Below are positions 63,475-64,000 of a stretch of 64,000 nucleotides of DNA, one piece after another (within the stretch, counting starts at the first letter, position 1; each line of letters begins with the position of its first letter). The notes beneath the pieces are model-generated. The model made no database searches. It saw only the letters and a list, made by a program, of their open reading frames with translations, and was not told where the DNA came from. The DNA comes from Lophium mytilinum. Taxonomy: Eukaryota. The position numbers and the translations under genes are program-made. The stretch lies in NCBI GenBank assembly GCA_010093605.1, contig MU004184.1, positions 506,801 to 570,800 of the forward strand, in the 5' to 3' direction.

Positions 63475-64000
63475 ATGGCCGAATCAGGAAAGGACAAGTC
63501 AGGTATGTCTCGCCCAAGCAATTCTTCCTGTGAGCATTGGCTAACTGTCGCAGCGAACGTGAGCTACCCATTACAAGCAGAATCGAGCCTATGAAACTAA
63601 TCATCTCGCCATCTAGCCCATGCGAGAGGTACTTCCCCCAATCCAGATTATGCCTTCCAGCGATGCCAATCCGCGCAATACCTACTCGAACCCTTCAACC
63701 ACTTGCGCAAGCATATCACAACATGGCTACACCTCAAACATCCGAGATACCGCTCTCGGACAAGGACACAAATGGAATTGGGCTGACAAGCAGTTTAGCT
63801 TCGAATCAGCAAGCTGGTTCTGAACATCTCGGTGGGAGAGGTACGAGATCTTGAACATCGGGAGATACATGGACAAAATAGCTGACTTTGACAGTCTGGT
63901 GATCGCTTGACTAGGGCCGCAAAGGTCTTGGAACAGCTTTCCGGTCAAACTCCTGTCTACTCCAAGGCACGATACACCGTCCGAACCTTCGGTATCCGTC
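63475..64000 (+). CDS. RPL11: 60S ribosomal protein L11 (uL5), 5' part. Exons 63475-63502, 63554-63558, 63617-63628, 63799-63840, 63895->64000
   Basis: Spliced [64 protein letters not shown]. Confidence 0.95.

Overview
Gene-dense, intron-containing DNA from a filamentous ascomycete (Pezizomycotina; Dothideomycete-like is my inference). Introns have GT(A/G)(A/C/T)GT-type donors, CT(A/G)AC branch points and YAG acceptors. It is mostly a housekeeping block: RPB11, PAN1, MRI1, an HSP20, ARO3-type DAHP synthase, CYT1, a PCL5/Clg1-type cyclin, SRP receptor alpha, SAD1, GST-kappa, PEX1, MCM7, MPC1, SmB and RPL11. Accessory genes are interspersed: a QutC-like TIM-barrel enzyme, a secreted S/T/P-rich protein, a pathogen-related protein, an FAD monooxygenase and an atypical pepsin. 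I found no tRNA, rRNA, intact transposon or CRISPR array. The most notable unexplained structures are: (1) a tandem duplication carrying two highly diverged small 8-Cys genes whose non-coding flanks are better conserved than their proteins (25.5-28.2 kb); (2) a ~4 kb non-coding degenerate tandem array of ~25 units in three period classes (37.5-41.5 kb); (3) an RPB11 locus with two apparent alternative N-termini and promoters; (4) a 1.3 kb ATG-depleted cyclin leader with one uORF, plus GCRE sites upstream; (5) a hidden spliced 86-aa gene missed by the ORF track. All gene models were read by eye; family names come from remembered motifs, not database searches.
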